Below, one piece after another: positions 24,173 through 36,555 of a DNA stretch of 64,000 nucleotides. The DNA comes from Octopus sinensis (taxonomy: Eukaryota), in NCBI RefSeq assembly GCF_006345805.1, contig NC_043020.1, positions 20,894,001 to 20,958,000 of the forward strand. Reading direction: 5' to 3'. Under the pieces are notes generated by a model that saw nothing but the letters and a program-made list of their open reading frames with translations, searched no databases and was not told the origin of the DNA. The position numbers and the translations under genes were made by a program. Position 1 is the stretch's first letter, and the number at the start of each line of letters is the position of its first letter.

Positions 24173-24424
24173 TTTCTTGTACAGCCTCATTGTAAGTGTT
24201 TCTCTCCAAAGGAGAGATTAGGATTTCCTTCTAAACTGAATGGGATGTTCCTTTTTTGTGTGGAATGGAAGGCAAGATATAAAATCTAAATATTGGTATG
24301 TGTCTGTGCCCTTGCAGTAGAGATGAGTTATAACTGTCTCATTTCCTTTAATTAATTAGAATGTCTGGAAAAGAAAGTTCCCTTTCAATCACTTCCTTAG
24401 TGAACTAGATCAGTTCTATATTTG

Positions 24425-24790
24425 AGAGATGAGGAATTATGTACATTATTTACATTCGATGGATATTTGTCCTCATCTTGTTTGTTGTTAATGTTTCAGC
24501 TGATATACCCTCCAGCCTTCATCAGGTGTCTTGAGGAAATTTTGAACCTGGGTTCTCATTCCTAAGGGCATATGACATAGTGGTTAAGAGCACGGGCTAC
24601 TAACTCCAAGGTTCCAAGTTCGATTCCAAGCAGTGACCTGAACAACAATAATAATAATAATAATAATAACAACATCGAAAAATACCTTACAAATGAGAAC
24701 CTAGGTTTGAAATTTCCCCAAGACGCCTGATGAAGGTTGGAGGGTATATCAGCCGAAAAGTTGTGTTAACAAGAAACAAGATGAGGACAA
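24425..24790. mobile_element. tRNA-headed hammerhead element (sense, 24566-24790) preceded by an inverted copy of its own 3' part (24425-24567)
   Basis: A-box tgacatagtgg at 24573-24583, B-box gttcgattcc at 24618-24627, (AAT)n, then the hammerhead at 24722-24767. The remaining tail atatccattgaatgtaaataatgt resumes at 25102. Confidence 0.8.
24722..24767 (+). ncRNA. Minimal type I hammerhead ribozyme motif
   Basis: Stem I GACGC/GUGUU, core CUGAUGA-A, stem II GGUUG/CAGCC, GAAA. The short palindromic stem III reads AG-UU here rather than the expected CG-UU. Confidence 0.7.
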
Positions 24791-24795
24791 TGAGA

Positions 24796-25414
24796 CAGCA
24801 GGTCTCCATAAAGGCATTCGTTTGTCATATGTTGCTGCCATTTCACATTTAGGACCATTCATAGCATCCTTGTGTAGCATCCATTTAGCCTGTTTGATAA
24901 TTTCTTTGCCAGTGTCCAAGTTTCACTGCCATATAATAACACTGAATTACTTTTGATCAACATTTTAAATCCTGTTTAACAGGAAACTGAAAAAGATTCC
25001 TAGATAACTGCTTGATATTTTGGGACAGAAGCAAAGAAGACCTCACAACATTCCTTAAATTAATAAACAGCATTCATGAACTGAACATTATTTACATTCA
25101 AATATCCATTGAATGTAAATAATGTTCAGTTCATGAATGCTGTTTATTAATTTAAGGAATGTTGTGAGGTCTTCTTTGCTTCTGTCCCAAAATATCAAGC
25201 AGTTATCTAGGAATCTTTTTCAGTTTCCTGTTAAACAGGATTTAAAATGTTGATCAAAAGTAATTCAGTGTTATTATATGGCAGTGAAACTTGGACACTG
25301 GCAAAGAAATTATCAAACAGGCTAAATGGATGCTACACAAGGATGCTATGAATGGTCCTAAATGTGAAATGGCAGCAACATATGACAAACGAATGCCTTT
25401 ATGGAGACCTGCTG
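24796..25414. repeat. Perfect 306-bp inverted repeat with 7-nt spacer
   Basis: 24796-25101 equals the reverse complement of 25109-25414 by manual comparison; spacer atatcca. Confidence 0.92.
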
Positions 25415-25650
25415 AAAGTTAGTGAGAAAATCAGGTAAAGATGTCTACAACTATCTGGTTACTGTGTATGCCACCCTGAGATGGAAGCATCTAAATGTGT
25501 CTTGTGGAACCCAGTTCCTGGTGATGTAAGAAGAGGAAAATGTCATCACACTTAACATCAACTTGATCACAGATATTGGTCTGGAATGTATCCAGGACAT
25601 CAAGGCAGTGATGGTGGACTGAGAAATGTGGTTGGCTGACTTTGTTGATG
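25250..25650 (+). mobile_element. RTE-clade LINE 3' fragment, same family as 22916-23540
   Basis: SVLLYGSETWTL..RLNGCYTRML; clear nucleotide similarity to 23180-23540. Confidence 0.8.
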
Positions 25651-25724
25651 AGCTCTGACATTCCAAAATACGAAACCATTATGTCACATCGCTTATGTTT
25701 ACATTAGAGCTGCTTCTAATTCAA

Positions 25725-25767
25725 AATATACACACACACAAGCACACATACACTACACACACACAAG

Positions 25768-25820
<53 letters not shown>
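25725..25820. repeat. (CA)n microsatellite
   Basis: Directly visible. Confidence 0.95.
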
Positions 25821-25869
25821 GAAACCAGAATTTTGCAATATTACTTTATTCACTTAGTTTACAAATGTT

Positions 25870-26610
25870 TAGAAATTTATTACCTTCCAAGTAGTCTCTA
25901 CTTGAAGAAATGCATCAGTCCAGGTGCATTTTCCATTATTCAAAGCAGTGCTGGAACCTTTGCAGAGTGATGCCTTTTAATGTCTCCATCGTTTTTTTCT
26001 TCACCTTTTCCACATCTGCAAATTCCATAGCACCAGCTTTCATCACCAGTGATGTCATTCGAAAAAAAGGTCTGGATCAACTTCCGACAATTCTTTCAGT
26101 TCACGGCATGCGTTCAGTCATGACTGCTTTTGATCTTATGTGAGCAAGCAAGGTACAAATTTTAATTTATATCTTTTCATTCACAATTCTTCGCTCAAAA
26201 TTCGTTGGAAGGAGTTCCAGGACACACCAGTCATTGTTCATCAATTGTTCAGTGACCATCCTCCAAGATCAGTTTATAAATTTTCAAGTTTTCTTTTGTT
26301 CAGAAGGTTGACGGTCATCCTGAACAGGGTTGGTCTTCAAGCGACAAGTGACCATTACTAAAGCATGGAAACTATTCATAAACTTGTGCTTTGCTAATGG
26401 AAGCGTCCTTGTCAGGTGTTTGAAGCATGACAACTGTTTCAGCCACCGTTTCCCCCAGCAGAAAACAGAATTTAATGGAAGCAAGCTGTTCCTTCATTTC
26501 AGCCATCGCAAAAGTCGACCCAACAAGGGAGAAGCATTGCAAAACAAAGACACACCACGTGTCAATATGACAATAGCCGGCAACACTGGTTGGCAGACTG
26601 ATGCCTGAGG
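25870..26610 (-). mobile_element. Deleted mariner-family DNA transposon
   Basis: MAEMKEQLASIKFCFLLGETVAETVVMLQ..ISKAQVYE..DDRQ resembles the mariner N-terminal HTH region; no intact catalytic domain. Confidence 0.75.
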
Positions 26611-27899
26611 GTTGCATCAAGTGGTCTTCAGCCCTTCAGGGACGAAAGCCTGAACTATAACGGGTTTGTCCCACACGATACGCACTTGTACTCTCTCTCT
26701 CTCTCTCACACACATGCACACATGCCCGCATACATAATATCCACACCCTTGGCTACACCAACGCACCTACACAAACTCCTCAGCCTTCTACATCCACACC
26801 CACCCATTCTCACACCATCTTCTGACTGCCTCTGACCCACTATTGACCCTTCCATCTACTCACACGCGGCGCAGATGCATTCCCACATCCACCAATTCAT
26901 ACACCTGTCACTATAGCTGCTGATCTCTCAGAGTGACATTAACAGACATTCAGACACATGTGCACGTATGCACTTAGATTCTACCACACGCGCACAGACT
27001 ATGCACACACACACACACGCGCTACCACACATACACGCACCACACACATGCACACACAGTTACCACAACATGCACACATATACACAGTTACTGCCCCCCC
27101 CTACTGTACATACTCATGCTATCACATACACGTGCGTGCACACGCAGACTGACGATTTTCGCACTCTCCTCTTCCAGAAAGCATTTTCTCTTCAAAGTGT
27201 AACTGCACATGATTGTTAGCAATTTTTTTCCTCCTTTGTCTTGGACTTTCCTGTTTCCGAAGAAGAGCTGTGCTCGACACGTAAAACTTCTCTTTTCCTT
27301 CTTATTAATACATTGCTTGTGCCACATTCAAACGTTTGCACTTTTCTTTTTCTCTGTGTTTTCTTTAATTGACTATATATAAATTCACTACCCATGAATT
27401 TATTCAGAACAATTCCAATCACTACTATTACAATCACAACAGGTCATTTGACCATTTAAGAGGATTCCACCAACATCCTCCTATGTCATACCACTCCCGT
27501 CTTCTTCTCTTCTTCTTCTTCTTCTTCTTCTTCTTCTTCTTCTTCTTCTCCGCATCTTTCCTCGGCTACTACTGCTGCTTAAACAATCAAAACCAAGAAC
27601 TCATATCAAATATCCTTTTAGAACTGTTACTACCTACCAAGCCTTCACAAATACATTGTGGAATAAAATATTTATCTACTGTCATGGAAAACGTGTAACT
27701 GTTAAAATGCAGAATTATTGGAGTGATGGGCATTCAAAAAAGTGTGTATCTATAGAAATGTATAAATGAAGTCTTTAATGTTTAAGATTCAAATTAAGGA
27801 AGTGCAATAATAATGTTTAGCAGTTCAAAACTGAGTAGTGAAATGCAGAATTAGGTTGGGTGATCGTGAGAATCATTGATCGCTACTGCAGGTGGAATG

Positions 27900-28440
27900 G
27901 GTTATTTCCCTTGGGTTGTTCAAATAAAATATTAGTAATATGTAGTAGTTAGACGGATCCATTGGAGGAGCCCTATTATCGATTTTTTCAACAATCTAAG
28001 TATGTCACGAGGTTTCCAGACATGAGTTCTACTCACGTGTCAAATAAAGTATTGTCTGCAAAAATTAGAAATTGGACACATGAAAAAAATCAATATTCAA
28101 AGTAATCGAACATAAGCAATTAAATGGATTATTTCCCTTGAGTGTTTTAAAAAATATTGTACAGATGCTATGGGTTATTTCCCTTGGGTGTTTAAAAAAA
28201 GGAAATTAGTTATATGAGGTAGTCATAAAGGTCCCTTCCAGCGGCCGTATTATCGATTTTTCCAACAATCTAAGTATGTCACGAGGTTTCCAGACACAAG
28301 TTCTACTCACGTGTCAAGTTTCATCAAAATCAATAAAACGATGTTGGAGGAATTAGATAACAACGCCACAAACAAACACACACCGATTTTCCAACAATTG
28401 ACTATAATTTATTATTTATTAATTTCGTATGTATTTTACT
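27900..28440. mobile_element. Helitron/HINE-like remnant with an internal duplication of about 150 bp
   Basis: gggttatttcccttggg..tattatcgattttt.caacaatctaagtatgtcacgaggtttccagaca..gttctactcacgtgtcaa occurs twice (about 27900-28045 and 28170-28320), followed by gtttcatcaaaatc..acaaacaaacacacac. Confidence 0.45.
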
Positions 28441-29854
28441 TATTATTATATGTAGGCAGTATACCTGAAACAATCCCGGGTCCAGAGTAAGACAGGTCTG
28501 GAGCGTAAGAGGATACTATTGGTCAGTTAATTAAAAAAAAAACAACAAAAGAAACCATTACTCGCTGGAGTAAAAAAGTAAACAATGGATAAAAGCTGTA
28601 AGGGGCCATGCGTCGCTCGTATCAGTGAATGTTAGAAGCGTATAAAGTGTAATTGGACAGTTATGAGTATTAGTGGTTAAGGGGAGGCAATTATTGATTT
28701 ATCAAGTAATTTTAATGCTTATGCATGTATTTCACTGACGGTTAAGAATACGCGCGCGCGCACATATACATTCCCATACATTTTATTGTATATCCATATA
28801 AATATATACTTTTATGTGAGTAAAAATGACTAAATAGTTACGGTAAATATCGAAAGTAAAATAAAGTGGGTTATAGAATTTATCAGGTAACAAAAAGAGG
28901 GGTGGTCAAGGGGATTAGCTGTGCATATTTATCTTGCCGTGTCCCTACGCACACATATGGGTACTCATAGGTTCTACACACATACATCCATGGATGTATT
29001 TGTGGCCATATAGATATAGATATATATTCATGTGTAAATTAATATAGAAAAAATGAGATTGAAAAGTTGATATTGCCTTAAGTAATGAGAGTGCTATGTG
29101 GGTGAAATGATAAAAGTAAGTTATTGGATTACGTGTGGGGGTGGGGCGTGTATTTGTTTCAAGGTATATAATTGCTGAGTTTAACAGCGGGGGTAGGGTG
29201 GGGACTAGAAATTAATCAATCAACCAATCAATTTTATTTCACTAACTGGTCGATTAGTCAATCAATTAAGTACAAATTATCTATGGTTATGGTGAAGAAC
29301 TATGGGTACTATTATGGGAGAGGCGTAGAGAATTAACATTTCTTTAATATATAGGTAACTTTTCATTAATACATAGGTAAGTTTTCATAAATACATAGGT
29401 AACATTTTCTTATTTTTTACACTATAACAGGGTGCTGAAGTAAGTATATCCCATTCCAAATGAAAACTAATGTTTTTATCCTTAAGTTCCCAAATGAAAC
29501 TTTCTATGTACTTTTGGTGCGTATGGTAAAACCAGCGACGTATAACAAAACCATTCGCACCGAAAGCACATAGAAAGTTTGTTTACAAAAACAACTACGA
29601 ACAAATATAGTTCTTAAATTTGACAGAAACAGGGTGGCTAATTCGCTGGTGTAATGGTAACACAGTTGCGTTAACAAATGGATTTGGGTTTGAATCCCAC
29701 GCGGATAGGAAAGCCTCCTTTTTTTCTGTCGAGGGCTTATATGCTCCATTATTAGACTATTTTCCTAGTCATTGCACAGTGATCGCTATAAGCTTATATA
29801 AATATCATTATATATATATATATATATATATTGCACCCATCTATACATTTAATG

Positions 29855-30824
29855 AATCCAACTTTAATGAATTACCATTCCTGGACATTCTCATAAAAAT
29901 AAAAAAATTGCAGAGTAACTACAGACATTTATTACAAAAAAAACAAACAAAAAAACAGACACACATCATACCTCAACTTTGATTCTTGCCACCCATCACA
30001 CATTAAAAGAAATATACCTTACTGCATGGCAAGACGCATATGCACTATAGTAACAGACACTGCAACACGAACAACTAGACTCGACGAACTCCAAGACTTC
30101 CTCAAAATACAAAAATACCCTTCAGGTTTGATAAAGGAAGGTTTTTAAAAGGCATTGAAACTCAACATCACCGAATTAAGAACACCAAAAGAAAAAAACC
30201 AATAAACAGACAATACCATTCGTCTCCACACACAGTCCTGGCATAACAAATATTTTCCAGGCTATAAGATCAAACTTACCCACCCTTCTACAAAGCCCTA
30301 AAATGAAGAACCTGATGAACAAAAAAATCTTACTCAACAGTAAACGCCAACCGAAAAACCTTAAAAAGCACCTTCCAAGGGCAGAATTCAGATCAGAGAA
30401 GGGACCAGAATTCTCAGTAACAGAATGTGGAGACAAAAGATGCGGAACATGCAACAATGACAATAATTACAAATACCTAGAATGTGGTTCCCACTTAATA
30501 TTCAAAAATGGCCCTCTCTTTAAGATCAATGCTAATATGACTTGCAAAACGCAGAACCTCATATATTGCATTACTTGCCCAAACTGCAAGGAAAACTATA
30601 TTGGCGAAACGAACAACTCCCTCTGCCAACGCGCCAGAATACATAGACAACATATAAAACAGGAAGAGTTACGCAAGATACCATTAAGCAAACACCTAGA
30701 AGTATGCGGAAATGGGAAATTTAAAATTATTCCATTCTACAAATGCTCACGGAATGACCCGGAATACCGTAAAGCTATGGAACTACACTTTATAGAAAAA
30801 TTTGGCCCAAAATTGAACGGCTGA
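29855..30824 (+). mobile_element. 5'-truncated Penelope/Poseidon-type PLE (RT thumb plus GIY-YIG)
   Basis: ELPFLDILI, FDSCHPSHIKRNIPYCMARRIC, CGDKRCGTC, NMTCKTQNLIYCITCPNCKENYIGET..QRARIH, ending GPKLNG. Confidence 0.9.
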
Positions 30825-30944
30825 AAAAGTAAAAGTAGTAAAAAAAATCAAACAATGATGATGATAAAGAAAAAAATATGATCTGTTAAAATATGTGATA
30901 CACACAAAAAGGAAAAAAACCTCTTTCCATATTTTTTTATCTAG

Positions 30945-31272
30945 TTTCAGCTCAGAGCTGCGGCCATGCTGATGCACCTCCGTTTTGTGCTACACTGTTA
31001 TTACGACGAATCTCGTCTAATATGTGGCACTTGGTGAAGAATGGAGTTTGATATAGCTACACCTCTTGCCGTGAGATAGGTTCATCTGGGACTCTCGACA
31101 GGAAGATGTCTAGCTTTGATTTAAAAACCGCTACATCTACTTTGTGCAAGTTCCTCAGACTCTGGGAGAATATTAAAAAGCTGTGGGCCCTTGAAACCTA
31201 GGCTGTTGCAGAAGCTGGTCCTGAAGCATGATGGCATTGCTGGGATCTTTGGCACTATGCAGTGTCGTCCCG
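30945..31272 (-). mobile_element. CR1/L2-type LINE 3' end
   Basis: Manual minus-strand translation: GRHCIVPKIP..NSLGFKGPQLFNILPESLRNL..FKSKLDIFLSRVPDEP. Confidence 0.7.
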
Positions 31273-31289
31273 TTCTAGCATTTGTATAT

Positions 31290-31632
31290 CTTTATATACA
31301 AATGAACGAATTATCCCTTTTCTTTTTTTATATATACAATTATGCATCTTAAACTTCTGGCTATGTATGTATGTGATTATAAATGCTTATATGCATATGG
31401 ACGTGTATATAAAAATATATATAGACAAGTTTGTATATATTTTTATATACATTTTATATATATATGTTGATATATGTGGTTGTGTATATATGTATGTGTA
31501 TGCATATATGTGTGTGGTTCTATATGTGGGTATGCATGTGTATGTGTATATATGTGTGCGTACATATATATGTTCATATGTGTGTGTGTACATGTATGTA
31601 CGTGTGTGCATGTATATTTGTATATGTATGTG

Positions 31633-31664
<32 letters not shown>

Positions 31665-31675
31665 CACACACAGAT
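31290..31675. repeat. Compound TA/TG low-complexity tract
   Basis: Directly visible. Confidence 0.9.
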
Positions 31676-32179
31676 GAATCTACTGAGACTAGTCGAAGAA
31701 CGTTTAGCAGAGTTTCTAAAAGAACATTCGTGGTTAGCTAGGTGGGTCTTAATATAAGACTGAGTTGTCCTTATATATCCAAATAATAACTATCAAGAGG
31801 AGATTACTGCCTGTAACGCACCTATAATTTCTAGTGATAATATGAGTAATTTTTGCGATTGTAGAATTAAAGAACAATATAAATTTAATAATTATTGCAA
31901 ACGGAAGAAGTTAGTATACCTAGCTATAGTTGAAACGGGATGGGTTGGGGGTGGGGCAACTCAATCTTCAAGGGCAGATCTTTAAGTATTTAAGGGCAAA
32001 GATTAATCCCACAGAGCCTAAAGTCATATGGGCGAGTAAAGCAGTCAGATATGACAAGGCTGTTGGGGAAGATGAAATTTGGCCGGTTCATATAAGGATC
32101 TATCTTGAGTACAGAGGATATTTTCTGGTTGACTCGTTTACCAGATAACTTAGACCTATGGAAAGACACCAAAGGAAAT

Positions 32180-32320
32180 TGTCGAGCTCAAGCTAGCTGA
32201 AGAACAGTGAAGTTTTCGTCCTGGATGCTGTACAACTGACCAGATATTCACCCTTTGGTCGATCTTCAAGATATCGTGAGGAAATTGCTCGCTTTGTAGA
32301 CTTCAAGGGCATGTTATGGG
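32180..32320 (+). mobile_element. Small LINE RT fragment
   Basis: LAEEQ*SFRPGCCTTDQIFTL..FVDFK. Confidence 0.5.
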
Positions 32321-32752
32321 AAGTTTTCTAGGAGTTTGAAATTAATGGGTAACTTCTGGTTGCTGTGACTTCTCTTTGCTAACACCCAGATGATTTTTAT
32401 ATATATGCACATGTTACACATTCATACCTGTGTGTTTGCGAGTGCCAAACCACTCCCTACTCTTGGCACTATTTTGTAGTGAATAGTACAAACTGTGTGT
32501 AAAGTAATCAATGTATCACTACACTGCAATGGGTCATCCATATAAGTAACGTCAATAAACACGTTAAATAATAACAATGGTTTTCAACTGGTTGTCTTTC
32601 CCAATAGAACCCAAACTACATGCATAACATGGTGGCAGCGGTAAACAATTAATCCGGAATTGTGCTTTTAAAACAAAACAGGAACACAACGAACGCGGAA
32701 TTAGCAAACAAAACATCGCTACGCTTCGGACAACATAAACAAAGAATCCAAG

Positions 32753-34219
32753 ATGGCGACCCCCGTCGCCGTACAGATGAATCTACATCCAATTATGAAC
32801 TGGGATTCTAGTGATGTCGTAGAAGAGTTTAAAAAATTCAAACAAAAAGCCCAACTAGCTTTCAAAAGTTTCCTGAAAGGCACAACTGACGATGAAAAGG
32901 TAAGTTATATCCTTTTATGGTCAGGTAATAAAGGAATAGACCTATACAATAGCTGGGATATATTAGAGTTCGACTGCAATAACCCAGATACACTTCTTGA
33001 AAAATTTGAGAGGCACCTAGAGCCCAGGTCAAACCACAGAATTCAGAGATACGAATTCCAGGGCCTGAAACAAGCCCCACAAGAAACAATAGACAATTTC
33101 CTGTCAAGACTGAAAAATGTTGCAGAGAAATGCAAATTCAAAGACAGGGAGGAGAGAATTGTAGACCAATTAATATGGGGGTGTGCCCACAAAGAAGTGC
33201 AAAAATCACTCATAGGTAAGGATGCTCTCCAGTTGGTAGAAGCAGTAGACACTGCAAGAGCATACGAAGCCACTACCAAACAGATGGCCTCACTTAGCTT
33301 ACAAGCAAGCCCACTAGATAGCAGTGTAGATACTGTATATAAGGACAGGACACAAACCCAAAACCAAAGAACATGCCGGTACTGTGGTACAGAGCATGAA
33401 TTTAATGACCGGAAAAAATGTCCTGCATTCGGTACACACTGCAAAGGATGTGGAAAACTGAACCACTGGAAAAAAATGTGTAGGATAACAAAATCCCAGA
33501 GATACAAGCCCCAAGTTTCAAAGAGGAGCAGAAATAGAAGGGATATACATGCACAACAACAGGAACAAAGCACCTCAGAGGAGGAATTCTTGGCAATCGG
33601 CATAATAAATGTGCATGAGAAGGGAAAGGACGACCGAAGGAAAGAAGATGAGGCATACACGACGATAAAAATTCAAAAGAAGGCCGGAAGGAAAAGAACA
33701 AACATAGACTTAAGGCTGAAGATAGACACTGGGGCCCAGAGTGATATCTTGCCTGTCGGCTTATACAAGAAGATGTTCCCAGAAAATATGACAGAAGAGG
33801 ATAGGGTCAGGAAAGGAATCCTCACACCAAGTGATGTGGTCCTCACTGCGTATGGAGGTACCAGGATTCCACAACTGGGTAAAACAACGGTTAAGGGGAC
33901 ACACAAAGGGAAATCAATCGAGTGTACATTTTATGTCACAAGAACAGAAGGCCCAGCAATTCTTGGACTCGATACCTGCAGGAAGTTAAATATTGTGTCG
34001 GTCAATACTGAAGTGAAAGCAGCTCCAAGCAGGATAGTAAGTGATATGCCTATCAAAAACCGACCACCAATCACAAACAAAAAGGAGATGGAAGGACTAA
34101 GCAGAAAGGTCCACCAAGAGCATGTACAAAGACATAGAAAAGTACAAAACCTCACAACAAAAGAAAGACATAGAAAAGTACAAAACCTCACAACAAAAGG
34201 AGGAAATGTTATCTGGTGA
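32753..34219 (+). CDS. Open Gag-protease ORF of the Mag-like element, 488 aa
   Basis: Gag capsid region, tandem knuckles CRYCGTEH..KCPAFGTHCKGCGKLNHWKKMC, protease LKIDTGAQSDIL and ILGLDTC; runs into the deletion junction. Confidence 0.88.
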   Translation: MATPVAVQMNLHPIMNWDSSDVVEEFKKFKQKAQLAFKSFLKGTTDDEKVSYILLWSGNKGIDLYNSWDILEFDCNNPDTLLEKFERHLEPRSNHRIQRYEFQGLKQAPQETIDNFLSRLKNVAEKCKFKDREERIVDQLIWGCAHKEVQKSLIGKDALQLVEAVDTARAYEATTKQMASLSLQASPLDSSVDTVYKDRTQTQNQRTCRYCGTEHEFNDRKKCPAFGTHCKGCGKLNHWKKMCRITKSQRYKPQVSKRSRNRRDIHAQQQEQSTSEEEFLAIGIINVHEKGKDDRRKEDEAYTTIKIQKKAGRKRTNIDLRLKIDTGAQSDILPVGLYKKMFPENMTEEDRVRKGILTPSDVVLTAYGGTRIPQLGKTTVKGTHKGKSIECTFYVTRTEGPAILGLDTCRKLNIVSVNTEVKAAPSRIVSDMPIKNRPPITNKKEMEGLSRKVHQEHVQRHRKVQNLTTKERHRKVQNLTTKGGNVIW

Positions 34220-35129
34220 CATCCCAAGAAGGCCATGGCAAACTATTGGAGTAGATCTATTCACAGAAGGCCAAGAATGGTATTTAATAATGGCCTGCTA
34301 CTACTCCAAATTTCCATTTGTGAGAAAAGTGAAAGACCTGACAGCCAAAACAATCACTACAGTGGCCTGAGGACTCCTAGCAGAGCAAGGAATACCAGAG
34401 CAGATCATATGTGACAAGAGAACCCAGTTCACATCACAAGAATTCAGAAAGCTAGCCAATAAGTATGGGTTCAATATTGCAACTTCATCTCCACACTGCC
34501 CCAAAGGTTATGGGTTTATAGAAAGACAGGTGCAGACAGTGAAGAGAACACTAGTCAAATGCCGGAAGACTAGGGAAGACCCACACCTGGCACTTATGTC
34601 CCTACGAGCGACTCCACTGAGAGCTAATATGAAATCCCCAGCAGAATTGCTGAATGGCAGGAAGTATAAAACTACCCTGCCAACTAAGATCTAACCTCCA
34701 ATTGACCAGGAAAAAACAAGGGCAAAGCTAGCAGCCACTCAAGAACAAGCACAGAGGTATTACGACAAACATGCACAATATTTACCTGAGATGCTTGGAG
34801 GACAACATGTGCATACTCAAGATCCCATAACTAAAACATGGATCCCAGCACAGGTTGTCAGTGGAGCTGAAACTCCAAGATCGTATATAATAGAAACAGA
34901 ATCTGGTAGGCAGCTGAGACGCAACAGGGCCAACATCCGCCTAACACCAGAGCTGCCGAGGAAAACGTGTACAACACCTGCTGCATTGGTGACAACACCC
35001 ACAGAATCATCACCCCAACGGGCACCAACCACATATCAGCAGCCCAACAACACACCTCAGACACCGGTGCGAAGCACAAGATCCACCAGATGGAGAAAGA
35101 ACATTCTGCCACCGGTTCGATACCGCTAA
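34100..35129 (+). pseudogene. Integrase of the Mag-like element with stops and an incomplete zinc finger
   Basis: IPRRPWQTIGVDLF, YYSKFP, GIPEQIICD, QFTS, GFIERQVQTVK, SPAELLNGR; in-frame stops present. Confidence 0.85.
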
Positions 35130-35495
35130 AGAAAAAATAAAAGAAAATGATGACAATCCAAAGTGCAAGGGAGACTACTCATAGTTGTCTTCACTGCCAA
35201 GAGACCCCTTTTATTTTTTTTTCAAGAAGAAGGGATGTTACACATTCATATCTGTGTGTTTGCGAGTGCCAAACCACTCCCTACTCTTGGCACTATTTTG
35301 TAGTGAATAGTACAAACTGTGTGTAAAGTAAACAATGTATCACTACACTGCAATGGGTCATCCATATAAGTAACGTCAATAAACACGATAAACATAACAA
35401 TGGTTTTCAACTGGTTGTCTTTCCCAATAGAACCCAAACTACATGCATAACAGCACATAAATGCACGCACGCACACACATACACATACTCACTCA

Positions 35496-35535
<40 letters not shown>

Positions 35536-35879
35536 GAGGGAGCGAGAGGGCATAATTGGCAATTCAATAAGACAATTTTAATCTAGCAAAAAGTAAATGT
35601 TTTAATAGAAACTTTTGTACATGTTCTCGATAAGCTTTTTTTATAAGATTATTCTATGAATCCACCTTCAGCTTCAATGACTGTTTTAATGCAGCACTTA
35701 AATCGTCGGCTTACCTGCACAAAAATGCTACTTATTCTTGTTATAAGACATTACCTAGACAATAGCAGCCTTAAGTGAAGCTATGGCATTGCGAGGGTGT
35801 CAATTTGTCTCCCTTTTAACAACACTCCAAACGTTTTAGTACATAAAATTTAAATCTGACTACTTTGAAGGCCACACGT

Positions 35880-36545
35880 TTGGTGTTACATGATCGTAAA
35901 GATTGTCTTACATCCATTTTTGAGTTACATGGGGTTGTGAGAAAGTAATGAATCTTTTGAAACTTTATACTTCGTCCATCCAGGTCTTAACAATTTCTCC
36001 AGCACTTCAACGTATCCAGCAGCATTAATTCTAATACCCCATGGGAAAATGTGAGACTGCATAATATGATACTCATTATTCATAACCTCTAAAGTCATCA
36101 CGGCTGCTGATAACTTAGTGTGCATCACTCTGGTGACGTCAGAATGTTGTGCACATAATCAGCACAATCATTCTGTTGCATAACCTTGTTAAGTATCACT
36201 TAGAACAGATTAAATGGTTTTCCTGTGCCTGTGTAAACATGAACTGACTTCTCCTCAGTGTATACAGCTCGAATGTCCTCATGCACCGCAATTTTGACAG
36301 CCCATTCTGATACTAGCAGTCCTTTGGCATTCACTCTAAATAATTTCCCCATATCATCATAAATAATGTCTTGCACGGTGGATAAATTGCAATATCCTTA
36401 TAGTATCTGAATGTTTCCTTTTCTTTTTGATACGGTTGATGTATTCCCACCAGAGGCTTCCAATCGAATCTGAGCATTATGTACAAAAGATCTTGTAACA
36501 TTTAGAAAGTTGACAAATTCTAAATCGCTGTATTCCGTACATATG
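35880..36545 (-). mobile_element. Tc1/mariner (maT-like) transposase fragment
   Basis: HTKLSAAVMTLEVMNNEYHIMQSHIFPWGIRINAAGYVEVLE resembles the recalled pattern TKFPASVMV.GV.S.EG..MPP.F...G..VN...Y.EVL. Confidence 0.6.
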
Positions 36546-36555
36546 ACAACAATCT

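Larger units (their letters stand above)
32412..35452 (+). mobile_element. Ty3/gypsy (Mag-like) LTR element lacking RT and RNase H
   Basis: LTRs at 32412-32629 and 35236-35452 (TG..CA, about 4 substitutions plus 1 indel); TSD GCACA at 32407-32411 and 35453-35457; PBS TGGTGGCAGCGGT at 32630-32642 (tRNA-Leu); PPT aagaagaaggga at 35224-35235. Confidence 0.95.

Noticed and set aside
31670-31725. Hammerhead downstream of the 29.9-30.8 kb PLE (cagatgaatctactgagactagtcgaagaacg)
   Set aside because: Core and stem II cannot be assembled without several substitutions.
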